Assembly: GCA_000146045.2 (NCBI GenBank)
Contig: BK006943.2
Location: forward strand, 320,001 to 384,000
Reading direction: 5' to 3'
Length of the DNA: 64,000 bases
From: TPA_inf: Saccharomyces
Taxonomy: Eukaryota
Below the pieces are notes generated by a model. It was not told where the DNA came from. It saw only the letters and a list, made by a program, of their open reading frames with translations, and made no database searches. Below are positions 22,522 through 34,524 of the stretch, piece by piece; positions within the stretch are counted from its first letter, which is position 1, and each line of letters begins with the position of its first letter. A program made the translations under genes and the position numbers.

Positions 22522-25500
22522 ATGGATTCTACTGATCTGTTCGATGTTTTCGAGGAAACACCTGTTGAGCTTCCTACAGATAGTAATGGAGAAAAAAATG
22601 CTGATACAAACGTAGGAGATACTCCAGATCATACCCAGGATAAGAAGCATGGCCTTGAAGAAGAAAAAGAAGAGCATGAGGAAAACAACAGTGAAAATAA
22701 AAAAATCAAATCCAATAAGAGCAAAACGGAAGATAAAAACAAAAAAGTTGTAGTACCAGTGTTGGCAGATTCGTTCGAACAAGAAGCCTCTAGAGAAGTG
22801 GATGCATCGAAAGGACTGACAAATTCAGAAACCTTACAAGTTGAGCAAGACGGTAAAGTCAGATTATCGCATCAGGTCCGCCACCAGGTTGCACTACCAC
22901 CGAACTATGATTATACGCCTATCGCTGAGCATAAGAGGGTAAATGAGGCTCGTACATATCCATTCACATTAGACCCTTTCCAGGACACTGCAATCTCATG
23001 TATAGATAGAGGCGAATCTGTGTTGGTTTCTGCGCACACATCGGCTGGTAAAACAGTTGTGGCTGAATATGCCATCGCACAATCTTTAAAAAATAAGCAA
23101 AGAGTCATTTATACCTCTCCAATTAAGGCTCTATCAAACCAAAAATACAGAGAACTTTTAGCAGAATTTGGAGATGTCGGTTTGATGACTGGTGATATCA
23201 CGATCAATCCGGATGCAGGCTGTTTGGTCATGACCACTGAGATTTTGAGAAGTATGTTATATAGAGGCAGTGAAGTTATGAGAGAAGTTGCCTGGGTCAT
23301 CTTTGATGAAGTGCATTACATGAGGGATAAAGAAAGAGGTGTTGTGTGGGAAGAAACGATTATTTTACTGCCAGATAAGGTCCGTTACGTGTTTTTATCG
23401 GCCACCATTCCAAATGCAATGGAGTTTGCTGAATGGATATGCAAAATTCATTCTCAGCCATGTCATATTGTCTACACAAATTTCCGTCCAACTCCTTTAC
23501 AACATTACCTGTTTCCAGCCCATGGAGATGGTATTTATCTGGTGGTTGACGAAAAAAGTACCTTCAGAGAGGAAAATTTCCAAAAAGCAATGGCGTCCAT
23601 AAGTAACCAGATAGGTGATGATCCAAATTCCACTGATTCAAGAGGTAAAAAGGGTCAAACCTATAAAGGTGGCTCCGCTAAGGGTGACGCAAAAGGTGAC
23701 ATTTATAAGATAGTGAAAATGATTTGGAAGAAAAAGTACAATCCAGTGATTGTATTTTCGTTCAGTAAACGTGATTGTGAAGAATTAGCATTGAAGATGT
23801 CTAAATTAGATTTTAATTCTGATGATGAAAAGGAGGCTTTGACGAAGATTTTTAACAATGCCATTGCACTATTACCAGAGACAGACAGAGAGCTACCCCA
23901 AATTAAACACATTTTACCATTATTAAGAAGAGGTATCGGTATTCATCATTCCGGTTTACTGCCCATTTTGAAGGAAGTCATTGAAATTCTGTTTCAAGAG
24001 GGATTTTTGAAGGTGTTGTTTGCAACAGAAACATTTTCGATTGGATTAAACATGCCTGCTAAAACTGTTGTCTTTACATCGGTCAGAAAGTGGGATGGTC
24101 AACAATTCCGCTGGGTTTCAGGTGGAGAATATATACAAATGTCTGGTCGTGCAGGTCGTCGTGGTTTAGATGATCGTGGTATTGTTATTATGATGATTGA
24201 TGAAAAAATGGAACCTCAAGTTGCTAAAGGAATGGTTAAGGGCCAAGCAGATAGGCTAGACTCGGCTTTTCACTTAGGATATAATATGATTTTGAACTTA
24301 ATGAGAGTTGAAGGTATCTCTCCGGAGTTTATGTTGGAGCATTCTTTCTTCCAATTTCAAAACGTTATTTCAGTACCAGTTATGGAAAAGAAACTTGCTG
24401 AACTGAAAAAAGACTTTGATGGCATCGAAGTCGAAGATGAAGAAAATGTTAAAGAATACCATGAGATTGAGCAGGCTATCAAAGGTTACCGTGAAGATGT
24501 TCGTCAAGTTGTCACCCATCCGGCAAACGCCTTAAGTTTCCTACAACCAGGCAGATTAGTTGAAATCTCTGTCAATGGTAAGGATAACTATGGCTGGGGT
24601 GCTGTTGTCGATTTTGCTAAAAGAATTAACAAACGCAACCCAAGTGCTGTCTATACAGACCATGAATCCTATATTGTCAATGTGGTCGTCAATACCATGT
24701 ATATAGACTCTCCAGTCAACTTGTTGAAACCTTTCAACCCTACCTTACCAGAAGGGATTCGCCCAGCGGAAGAAGGTGAAAAAAGCATATGTGCTGTTAT
24801 TCCCATAACTTTGGATTCAATCAAGTCGATTGGTAATTTGAGACTATATATGCCCAAAGATATTAGAGCCAGCGGTCAAAAAGAAACTGTTGGGAAGTCT
24901 TTAAGGGAGGTTAATCGGAGGTTCCCGGATGGTATTCCCGTGCTGGATCCTGTTAAAAACATGAAGATCGAAGATGAGGACTTTTTAAAGCTAATGAAGA
25001 AGATTGACGTTTTAAACACAAAGTTATCCTCCAATCCCTTAACCAATTCCATGAGACTAGAAGAACTATATGGTAAATATAGTAGAAAACACGATTTACA
25101 TGAAGATATGAAACAATTGAAACGCAAAATTTCAGAATCACAAGCCGTAATCCAACTGGACGATCTTCGTCGCCGTAAAAGAGTTTTGCGCCGTTTAGGA
25201 TTTTGTACTCCTAATGACATTATTGAACTGAAAGGTAGAGTTGCATGTGAAATATCTAGTGGTGATGAACTGTTACTAACAGAATTGATCTTCAATGGTA
25301 ATTTCAATGAGTTGAAACCGGAACAAGCAGCAGCATTATTATCATGCTTTGCATTCCAAGAACGCTGTAAAGAAGCGCCTAGATTGAAACCAGAGCTTGC
25401 CGAACCTTTGAAGGCTATGAGAGAAATTGCAGCAAAGATCGCTAAGATAATGAAGGATTCTAAAATTGAAGTTGTAGAAAAGGACTACGTTGAAAGCTTC

Positions 25501-25743
25501 AGACATGAACTAATGGAAGTTGTTTACGAATGGTGTAGAGGAGCTACTTTTACGCAAATCTGTAAAATGACCGACGTTTACGAAGGTTCGTTGATCAGAA
25601 TGTTCAAGAGATTAGAGGAATTGGTGAAGGAGCTGGTAGACGTCGCCAATACCATTGGTAACTCTTCACTTAAGGAGAAGATGGAAGCTGTCTTGAAATT
25701 AATTCATAGAGATATCGTATCTGCTGGTTCTTTGTATTTATAG
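22522..25743 (+). CDS. MTR4: Nuclear exosome cofactor, the DExH-box RNA helicase Mtr4 (1073 aa)
   Basis: Walker A motif AHTSAGKT and DEVH box (IFDEVHYM), SAT (LSATIPN) and helicase C motifs. 1073 aa. Confidence 0.9.
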
Positions 25744-25972
25744 TTAATCACACACAATTATGTATTTTTATTGGTATATATAATAAACAAATAGATTTCA
25801 TCAACATTTATTATATAATAACATTTTTGTTTGGGCAAGCACACTATTGATACACCCATACAACTCAATGAAGTGCAGCGTTAGTAGAGACAATAAGAGG
25901 AGTTTTAAATTCTTAAACTATATCTGGCAAAACACCACCAAAGCCAGCCAAATAGTATCTCACTGTATCTGA

Positions 25973-27325
25973 ATGAAAGTAGATTTACCAGAATCCAGAC
26001 TACCATCTTTATATAGAGATTTTAGGCCATTGAAAGATTTAAATCCCGATGGGTACGAAGCAAACATCAGTACATGGAGGGATTTCTTCTTGCAACAATA
26101 CATCAGCAACTCCAACAGAATCATATTTACTATAGGGACAAGGACTTTGCAAGAATTAACTCATGAAGTTTATGGCGTACCGAAAAGCATTGATATAGCA
26201 ATTGACGTTCTTGTTAATGAAGGAAATTTGATACCTATGGAATTATTCAATCTTGGTGGAATGTACACTGACAACAGTAGAAAAGGATTTTGGAAGTGGG
26301 TTAGAAGTTGGAAGGAGTCTACAAACATGTATAAAAGCCGGAAGGATGAAACAAATTTCTACTTGAGAGAAGACAAATTTATTATCAAAGCAAATTTGGA
26401 AAAAGAGTATCAAAGGTTTCATGAATTACTCAAAAGAAGTGTTTTTATGGAGGCTTCATCTATTACAGATTTAGTATTCACAAGGAATGAATTTGTGACC
26501 ACAGAAAGTTTGCAGTCGTTCTTTTCAACCTATGATGAAGAAACGAAAAACGTGTTCCTGCACTTTATAGAGAATTATAAGCACATAATAGTTTCAAAAG
26601 ACAATGTTATCAAAGTCATTGCCGCTGAAGTAGAAGACATTACTAGCAGGTTCTCCAAAGGCATCACAGAAAATGACCTTCGAATTGCTAGTGTTAAAGT
26701 GGGTATTATAAACATCAACAAACAAATTACAAGGCTAAGAAAAGAAATTAATGAATCTAACATTAAACTGAGAGGACCAGAGTTTAATGAGCTGCCGAAG
26801 AGAATAAGGATTGAATATAAACAGGCGAGATTACTATCTGAAAAACATCTTTCTAGGTTACTAAAGTTTCAAAATAACCTCGCTCAAGTAAGAACTCAAA
26901 TAGACACCAGTGCTACTAATGCGGTTTTAATTCAAACTTTAAGTGAATCCAACGAAGTAATTAAGTCAATTAATGGATATATTGGTTCTACCGAAAAAGT
27001 AGAAGACTTACTAGATGAGATTAAAGAGGGTCATGACCGTACCGAAGAGGTCAATGATTTATTAGCTCATTATAATAAAGGTCAAGACGAAGAAGCAGAA
27101 GAAGAAATTGAAAGAGAATTAGAACAATTAGAACTTGATGAAAAGAATAATAATAAGGAAGAAAATAAGAACCAGGATTTGCACGAGCCAAAAGAAAGCA
27201 GTAGCGAGGATCTATTAAAGAGATTGAATAATCTGAAGATAAATACAAATGAAGGACCTGTGCAAGATAATGAAAACCACGATAATGAGATAAGAAAAAT
27301 CATGATGGAAGAACAACCACGTTGA
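25973..27325 (+). CDS. CHM7: ESCRT-III-like (Snf7 family) protein Chm7 (450 aa), acidic C-terminus
   Basis: ATG at 25973. Coiled-coil Snf7-like core followed by an E/D-rich tail. Synteny places it as YJL049W. Confidence 0.7.
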   Translation: MKVDLPESRLPSLYRDFRPLKDLNPDGYEANISTWRDFFLQQYISNSNRIIFTIGTRTLQELTHEVYGVPKSIDIAIDVLVNEGNLIPMELFNLGGMYTDNSRKGFWKWVRSWKESTNMYKSRKDETNFYLREDKFIIKANLEKEYQRFHELLKRSVFMEASSITDLVFTRNEFVTTESLQSFFSTYDEETKNVFLHFIENYKHIIVSKDNVIKVIAAEVEDITSRFSKGITENDLRIASVKVGIININKQITRLRKEINESNIKLRGPEFNELPKRIRIEYKQARLLSEKHLSRLLKFQNNLAQVRTQIDTSATNAVLIQTLSESNEVIKSINGYIGSTEKVEDLLDEIKEGHDRTEEVNDLLAHYNKGQDEEAEEEIERELEQLELDEKNNNKEENKNQDLHEPKESSSEDLLKRLNNLKINTNEGPVQDNENHDNEIRKIMMEEQPR

Positions 27326-27446
27326 CGAACTGAGTGACTAATAAATAAATATATATGTATAAATAAAAAATAAATATGAATATTTTAATAGACGGAAGAA
27401 AGAAAATATGTGTGAATAACCAAATAGGAAATAAACAAAAGCACAT

Positions 27447-28637
27447 TTAATTGTTGCCGTTATTATTAGAGTAACCTAATGTACGAACTTTGGTATTAGA
27501 TGCAGAATTATTGGAAGACAAGTTTAGTTCAGACACGTTTTGTCGCAATTGAGAAGTACCATTAGAAGGATACATCCTTGGGGTAGTATATGCTGAAGGA
27601 GTCATTGAATCACCACCACCTCCTCCTCCCCCGTCCGACACCATGTCTAAGCTAGATAATTTTTGTAAAGAGTAGTTGGCGCTGTTTGACACATTTGTGC
27701 CCAACCTCTGGTAACCAAGACGGGAGGAGGAAGCATCTACTTCCGGTTCTTTCGCCCAAAAAGATGTCAAACCTGAGTAAACCTTGTGTAGAAGAGAAGA
27801 TTGTTCCATGTAGTCGAATGTTTTGTTATTGGCTTCCAGCGGTTCTAAGATGAGAGTCGATCTGGGCAACAGATCCAACTCTTGCAAACTTTTGAGTTCG
27901 TCATTTCGCGTAAGAGTCACTCTTGGTATATTTCTGTGGAAAAGGTAAGGTGTTCCATCATCGTAGCAATTATAGTCTAACCACATCCTTACTTTGTGTA
28001 ATTTTGTTTGAGGAGGGAAAGTATTAGAGATTGTGTAACCATTGGGCAGTTTCAATTGTAGAGTACAGTAGTTCTGGGCGAGAAACCCCTTTTGACTCTT
28101 GTAACTAACATTATCAGTAACTGTCAACTGCTTCCACTTCTGTGGCTTTCTTTGCGGGTCATTAGTATTTTGAAAAACATACTTCCTCTCCAACTTGTCG
28201 TTCTGAATCATTCTTTTGACTCTTTGATATTCTTCATTGCTCTTGGAAAATAACTTCCTCTTTGTTACTTGACCCTTAAAGACTGATTGTAACCCATTGA
28301 TAAAGGTTTCCCAAGGATCCTGCTCACGAGAAAGGCTATTACCTTGGATAGAACATTCGAGTAGACCGTTCTGTAATATGTTAATGCTTGGCGCCGATGA
28401 GGAGGGGAAAATGCTCTTGAAAAGCAAGCACTCTTTAGTACCATTTACTAACCTTACCCACAGTATGTTTTCGCGCTCCTCGTCACTAAGATTTCCTGGT
28501 TTGAACCACTGATGAAGCCAAGAATTGTCCCCGGCTGCTGAACTAATGTAAACGACGATAACCTGCTCACTAGTATGAGAGTAATCATGAACAACTCGAT
28601 CATGAAAGAGGCTGTCTATACCTGACATCTCGTACAT
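27447..28637 (-). CDS. UBX6: UBX domain protein Ubx6 (396 aa)
   Basis: Start codon at 28635-28637 (minus strand). 396 aa. C-terminal UBX-like region. Synteny places it as YJL048C. Confidence 0.7.
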
Positions 28638-29579
28638 TTCTGTTATTCAATACCTGTAATTCACTTCCTTTGAGGGTCAAAAATGTCCCCTGTAAGCAAG
28701 TGTATAAGTATATAATTATATATATGTGCATATATATGTCCCTATACAACTACTAACGAATCTTAAAAGTTGACTATTCATGTGGAAAAAGTCCCTCTTC
28801 TAGGGTTGACGCGCTAGAGGTAAATCCATTAAGGTTCCTCCTGGCTTCGTTAACTCCGAAAAGAATAGCATGTGCAAGATGAGTTACCGAAAGAAGCAAT
28901 AAAGAAAGCACGAGTACATGTAGAACAGGGGCACAGATAATACCAGACAGATGAGCCCACTTTTAAGAGTTTCAAAACTTCCACGAATGCACAGGGAGAA
29001 TAAAGTACGCGCTGGGTCCGTTACGATTCGTGCTGCAAGAGGTTTAAAATCGCTCCACAATGGTCTCGCCCCTCGGCCCTTCTCCAATTACAAGCATATT
29101 ACTAATACAGTTTTCGTTTCTTTTGTAATGTTCAGATAGGAGCGAAAGACTAATTTCGATGGAAATTTTTATCTTCATTTCGATAGTATGTTCAATCAGT
29201 TGAACTATGCATCTTTGGTTATCATCATTAACAAATTGAAACGAAAAGCTATCCTGCCAAGAAGGCCGGATAGAGAGATTGAAAAAGATATATAAAGTGT
29301 CCTTGTCACACTCATACAACACCTGTTGTATGTCAGGCATACGGCAAATTGACTACAGTTTGCATTTGCACTAATGTCGTTTGCAGTGTAACTGTTGTAT
29401 TGAACGTGGACAAGGACAAGAAAGATAGTTTTTATCTCTTGATGTTTTTTTATATGGAGGAGAAAGCGACGAAGTCGAAAAAAACGAAAGGAAATAAAAT
29501 GCTGTCGGAAAAAAAGTTAGGGCTGGTACGGATTATAAACTATCTCAGTAGTTAGGTAATATATAAGATGGCACCAGTC

Positions 29580-32108
29580 TTAGTACTTGTAAGTTGCTGT
29601 TGATTCGTCCCTAGTTATGAATTTGTCTCGTAACAACTTGGCCAAGGCGTCTTTGAACTCACCAACACTAAAGCCTTTTATCTGCTGCTTTACCGTTTCA
29701 AATAAATGGTCGTAGTCTAGCCCATTCCTCTCGCTCTTAACGGATCTAGTTATGCATGCCTTTAGTAATTCTTGGGTCCATTGGGAATTACTTCCTTCGT
29801 GGTGTGCAGAACTGGTTCTTTCACCGCCTGTGTTGCTACTTTGGAGAGACGCGGTTCTCGGTAGAACCACACGTAGTTTCCCATTTTTCACTTTTTTCAT
29901 ATCAGGTTTGAAGCTCTCGTTGATACTGTATGTGTTGTCAATATCTCTTGTCAGAATTTTATAATTGCAGAAGGATTTTAAGACTAGCGCTAAGTCTTTG
30001 TACGCCAGTTTCGTTTGCTCTGATATAACTTGCAAGGTCAAATGATCGCTTTCGTTGAATAAAGTCAGCACACATGTTTGGAAAAGGGTCAATTCAAATA
30101 TTAGGTTAGTTCCATCCTGTATGATATAAGGCGACTCCACTTCGCAGTGGTGCAAGTTCCACATCGGATATAGCTCTTTTTTGGAAGCATCTGAATCTTC
30201 CACTTTATTCTGCTCGTGATAATTACGGAGAAATTGGTTCCACGTATCATCCATCTCTTGAGGTAGGACAAAATTTTTCTTTACTTCGTTGGATTGCTGA
30301 AAAACTTTGGGAATTCTTTCTCTATCAAAGATAAGTGGGAAAAATGACTTGCTGTTGTTTTCATTGTATGTCTTCCCGAACTTCACAGCAGCCTCGATAT
30401 TCTCATAAAACGACAAGAACGATGCATATTTGATTCTCAGATCTGCCATAACCTCTACCGGCTGAAAGAATTGCGATAAATAGGGTTGATATTGATCTCG
30501 GTATCGCATTTCATCCTCTTGTGAGACATTTGTTATGATTCTTTGTTTGAAAAGTTCCATGAGGCTGTCTTTGTAAACAGGTAATATATCCTTAATAAAT
30601 GAGGAATTTTGATCACTTTGTAAGATCGTCTTTCTGAAAATTGATCTTTCGAAAAAATTAGGAAATGTGGGAAGGTTAACGAACTTCAGTCTCAATATAG
30701 GAAGATTTTCGTTGAGATACTTTATTTTCATATCTCTGGGTAGGTCTTTTTTAGTTGTTTTTATCTTTCTGACGATGATGAATAAATGTGACTCAAAATA
30801 TTTGACATACTGTTCTATGGCTTTGCTGGTACTTCCAAGTAAATTACATAAATGGTACTCGATGGAATCGGAGTATATTTTGAGGTGATCTACATTAGCT
30901 AGCTGAACTACCTCATCAAATAGCCTTTCAGTATCATGATTGGATCCATATGCTGCCTTTAACTTTTCTGAAACGGCATCATCACAGAATTCCTTGAATT
31001 TTGACAGCATATTTTTTGCTTCAAAAGCATTTCTAAACATCAATAAGCTAAAGTGTGTCTCAGTTTTGAAATATCTCTCTTTTTCTTCATCATAAGTGTC
31101 CTTCCCAATTTCTATGTATTCGCTAATAGACTTCTTGTTCAACAGTAGATGGCTTATAAATAGGTCATTTGCATCGCTGACCCATTCAGGGGAAAATAAA
31201 GATGCTAATAATGCATTCCTCGTCAATAGTACCTTAAAATTCTTGAAAGTTTCCAGCCTCGGCCTTAAATTTGATTCCTCACAGTAATATTGTCTGAGAG
31301 TTTTCATATAAAAATCTTTGGGGCTCAAGCCCTCTATACTAAAATTGCAGTTAGACATTATACGGAGCATAGGAACTTCCTTCTCTAACATTGTATTCGT
31401 TATTGGAAACATATGAATATAGTGATGAATAGTAGCGCTTACAAGGGTGGAAAATTCCCTTCCAAAATGTGACTTCATACATTCGAAAAGTTTGGAATCA
31501 TAATACTGAAATATCGTTAAGGTCTCAAATCCTAGTTCTTTTCTTATCATGGGATAATTTACCGGCACATACGATATAATAGGACCAACGGCACCCATTA
31601 CGTACTGAAATAGCTTGTAAAAAGAGGTCCAATTTTTGGGTATAATTTCATAAGAATAGTCGCATCTGGTCAAAAAGCTAAGGACGTGCGCGTCAATTAT
31701 TAACTTTGCCAATTCATCACAAAATTCTTGAAAACTCAGCACAATTTGGTGTTGATGTAGCAGCTGAAACTTCTTTTGCTTTTCGTCATTCCCATTAAAT
31801 TCTGAGTTGTAAGGAATGTATGATTTCCTTTGCGTTAATTCACGGCAATTGTTCAACATCTTAGGCATTAGCTTTCTAAATTTAGCGGCCTTTTCTTTAT
31901 TACACTCCAATTCTTTCACGTCAGTTTCAGTTATAGTTTCAGCTAAAGTAAGGTGAAAAAACTCGTGCAGCTCAGCAATCATCGTTCGATACCTGGGATT
32001 TCGCTCATCGTTAAATTTATTGTATAGTCCTAAAGCGTTGCTTGCACTCGTCTCTCTGCTTATAGACTCGTGGAATCCTTCTCTCTTGGAAACGCTCTCA
32101 TTTATCAT
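29580..32108 (-). CDS. RTT101: Cullin Rtt101 (842 aa)
   Basis: Start codon at 32106-32108 (minus strand). 842 aa. Cullin-homology C-terminal region. Synteny places it as YJL047C. Confidence 0.75.
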   Translation of the reverse strand: MINESVSKREGFHESISRETSASNALGLYNKFNDERNPRYRTMIAELHEFFHLTLAETITETDVKELECNKEKAAKFRKLMPKMLNNCRELTQRKSYIPYNSEFNGNDEKQKKFQLLHQHQIVLSFQEFCDELAKLIIDAHVLSFLTRCDYSYEIIPKNWTSFYKLFQYVMGAVGPIISYVPVNYPMIRKELGFETLTIFQYYDSKLFECMKSHFGREFSTLVSATIHHYIHMFPITNTMLEKEVPMLRIMSNCNFSIEGLSPKDFYMKTLRQYYCEESNLRPRLETFKNFKVLLTRNALLASLFSPEWVSDANDLFISHLLLNKKSISEYIEIGKDTYDEEKERYFKTETHFSLLMFRNAFEAKNMLSKFKEFCDDAVSEKLKAAYGSNHDTERLFDEVVQLANVDHLKIYSDSIEYHLCNLLGSTSKAIEQYVKYFESHLFIIVRKIKTTKKDLPRDMKIKYLNENLPILRLKFVNLPTFPNFFERSIFRKTILQSDQNSSFIKDILPVYKDSLMELFKQRIITNVSQEDEMRYRDQYQPYLSQFFQPVEVMADLRIKYASFLSFYENIEAAVKFGKTYNENNSKSFFPLIFDRERIPKVFQQSNEVKKNFVLPQEMDDTWNQFLRNYHEQNKVEDSDASKKELYPMWNLHHCEVESPYIIQDGTNLIFELTLFQTCVLTLFNESDHLTLQVISEQTKLAYKDLALVLKSFCNYKILTRDIDNTYSINESFKPDMKKVKNGKLRVVLPRTASLQSSNTGGERTSSAHHEGSNSQWTQELLKACITRSVKSERNGLDYDHLFETVKQQIKGFSVGEFKDALAKLLRDKFITRDESTATYKY

Positions 32109-32385
32109 TGTTCCTGTGAACCCGTACGAGAATTTATACCAGTAAAAAAGATTGGTGGGTTTAATATCTTGAGGATTCCTTCAAAGTAGTCTTTTAGTGC
32201 AAAGATATCGATGATCTTCATTCGCATTGTTCATATTCATCATTACGCAAAGGATAGCTATGCGTTCCGCTTCGTCATACTTAATCAGGAATATTGAACA
32301 TCCAAAAATCTCCGAGCTCACGTATGTAGAATTTTTGATGAATACAAAAGAAGAAAACACTAGACTTTTCTTTGATGTTTACATT

Positions 32386-33615
32386 ATGTCTATGATGCTA
32401 AGTAATTGGGCACTCTCCCCTCGATATGTGGGACAGCGAAACCTCATACATTGCACCACTTTATTTCACACACTTACACGATGGGCAAAAGACGCAGACG
32501 ATAAATATCATGATATAAACTCAATGTATGAAAACATGTTTACACCTTCAAATGATAACGTTTCAATTTTGCAGGATGAAGGTAAATCTGATTATGATAC
32601 GACGAAGGCCAGCTCTATGGAAGAAGATATCAGTGCTTTTAATAAAGACTTGTACAATTTCTATAATATTGGATATGCCAAACAGATCATGTCTGCTTCA
32701 CAATTGGAAAATATAGTAAAGGCAAAGGGCAGATTTGTTATACAAAGTTTATCCACCAGTCCTTATTATAATTTGGCCCTTGAAAACTATGTTTTCAAGA
32801 ATACACCAAGAGCCAAAAGAGGTCCCGATAATTGCAGACTGTTATTTTACATCAATGATAGGTGCGCCGTTATAGGCAAAAACCAAAATCTGTGGCAGGA
32901 AGTAGATCTTGCTAAGCTGAAGAGTAAGAATTTCGAACTACTTAGAAGATTTTCTGGAGGTGGCACTGTACTGCATGATTTGGGCAATGTTAATTATTCA
33001 TATTTAACATCAAGGGAGAAATTCGAAACAAAGTTTTTCAACAAAATGATAATTAAGTGGTTAAATTCATTGAATCCCGAACTAAGACTAGATTTGAATG
33101 AGAGAGGAGATATTATTCAGGACGGGTTTAAAATTAGTGGCAGTGCTTATAAAATTGCCGGTGGCAAAGCATACCATCATGCAACGATGTTGCTTAATGC
33201 GGATTTAGAACAGTTTAGCGGCTTATTAGAACCCTCACTACCGAACAATATGGAATGGGAGTCAAGTGGAGTTCATAGTGTAAAATCAAAAATCAAAAAT
33301 GTTGGTATAATTACTCCTAATCAGTTCATTGCAGTGGTATCCGAGCGTTTTCAGAAAACATTCAAAGTTGACGGCGAAATACCTATATATTACTGTGACG
33401 AGTTTAAATCTATAAACGATGAGATTAAAGATGCTATGAACACCTTACAGAGCGAACAATGGAAATATTTCTCGGGGCCTAAATTTTCAGTGAAGATTAA
33501 AGATAAAGGCTTAACAATTAAAGTCGAAAAGGGCATGATTTATGATTGTGATAGAAATGATTTAATCGGCTTGGAATTCAAAGGATTTTTGGAGAATATT
33601 GACAGTTACACATAA
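32386..33615 (+). CDS. AIM22: Mitochondrial lipoate-protein ligase (LplA family), Aim22/Lip3
   Basis: LplA-like catalytic core (RFSGGGTVLHDLGN...KISGSAYK with the lipoyl-AMP binding lysine). The ORF-track start at 32227 is TTG. In-frame ATGs lie at 32260 (MRSASSYLIRN..., presequence-like) and at 32386 (MSMMLSNW...). I chose 32386 to match the remembered 409-aa product; 32260 is equally possible from sequence alone. Confidence 0.6.
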   Translation: MSMMLSNWALSPRYVGQRNLIHCTTLFHTLTRWAKDADDKYHDINSMYENMFTPSNDNVSILQDEGKSDYDTTKASSMEEDISAFNKDLYNFYNIGYAKQIMSASQLENIVKAKGRFVIQSLSTSPYYNLALENYVFKNTPRAKRGPDNCRLLFYINDRCAVIGKNQNLWQEVDLAKLKSKNFELLRRFSGGGTVLHDLGNVNYSYLTSREKFETKFFNKMIIKWLNSLNPELRLDLNERGDIIQDGFKISGSAYKIAGGKAYHHATMLLNADLEQFSGLLEPSLPNNMEWESSGVHSVKSKIKNVGIITPNQFIAVVSERFQKTFKVDGEIPIYYCDEFKSINDEIKDAMNTLQSEQWKYFSGPKFSVKIKDKGLTIKVEKGMIYDCDRNDLIGLEFKGFLENIDSYT

Positions 33616-34243
33616 CGTTGATGAATATTTCAATTCACTTGTAAATAACGTAGGTAAATATCAAAATTAAAGTCTTTCACCGGAAACTGATTCAGCATAT
33701 TTCAGCAGACGCGTCCTAGATTCACAGCAAACTTCAATATAAGCGATACATTAGGAGTGTTCGTACTTTAGATCTATAAGAACTATATTTTGTTACGATT
33801 CAGCCGTCTCTAAATGTGAACTAAATATTTATACTGTTATTTGAGAAACCGACAGATAGTACTTAATTTTATCGATCATCTAAGAATAGCATCGGTATTG
33901 TGGTGACATTTATTGAATTTCTTCCGCTCCAGAATAAAGTTCCTTTTCACTTCAAAAAACTGCCACCAGTAAAGTTGCACCAGTGGTTTTTGAGCATTTT
34001 TTGTCAATGTCGCTTAACCGTTCTTGAACTGTATCCTCTTGACGTCGATAAAATCATTTGTAAAAACCAGGCCAAATCATCATTGAATAATTTACACTGT
34101 GTCTTCAATGTCGCCATTTGGACCAATAATTATCAAACTGTTCACAATTCACTCAAAGTCCTTTCAGCAACATTCTTATGAAACAATACTTTCTTTGAAT
34201 TTGTATGATGAAACAAAATTTTTTGGTTATTAATCATTTATCA

Positions 34244-34331
34244 CTCTCGGTAGCCAAGTTGGTTTAAGGCGCAAGACTGTAATTTACCACTACGAAATCT
34301 TGAGATCGGGCGTTCGACTCGCCCCCGGGAG
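34244..34331 (+). tRNA. tY(GUA): tRNA-Tyr(GUA) with a 14-nt intron at about 34282-34295
   Basis: CTCTCGGTAGCCAAGTT...GACTGTAA[tttaccactacgaa]ATCTTGAGATCGGGCGTTCGACTCGCCCCCGGGAGA. Canonical yeast tRNA-Tyr with an intron 3' of the anticodon. A T-run terminator follows. Confidence 0.9.
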
Positions 34332-34524
34332 ATTTTTTTAATGTGCTCTAAATAGAATGTGGATGAAATTTCTCTTGGCCGCCGTACCCTTCTTCATAAT
34401 TAATAATTTCTTTCCATTTTGCAGGATTATATCTGATCAATAAGTGATTGTAAAGATTTTGTTTGTGAGAAATATGTGAATTTTTAATTTTGGTTATAAC
34501 TTAATAATTGTTGGAATTCCATTT

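Noticed and set aside
22450-22782. 110-aa minus-strand ORF overlapping the MTR4 start
   Set aside because: Its hydrophobic low-complexity translation ([17 protein letters not shown]...) comes from the complement of the K/E-rich MTR4 N-terminus and the poly-A region. It overlaps a bona fide gene.
28884-29340. Small ORFs (67, 62 and 98 aa) in the UBX6-RTT101 intergenic interval, possible site of a short annotated ORF (YJL047C-A?)
   Set aside because: I cannot match any of them confidently to a known small protein from sequence alone. None has distinguishing features, so I left it unannotated.
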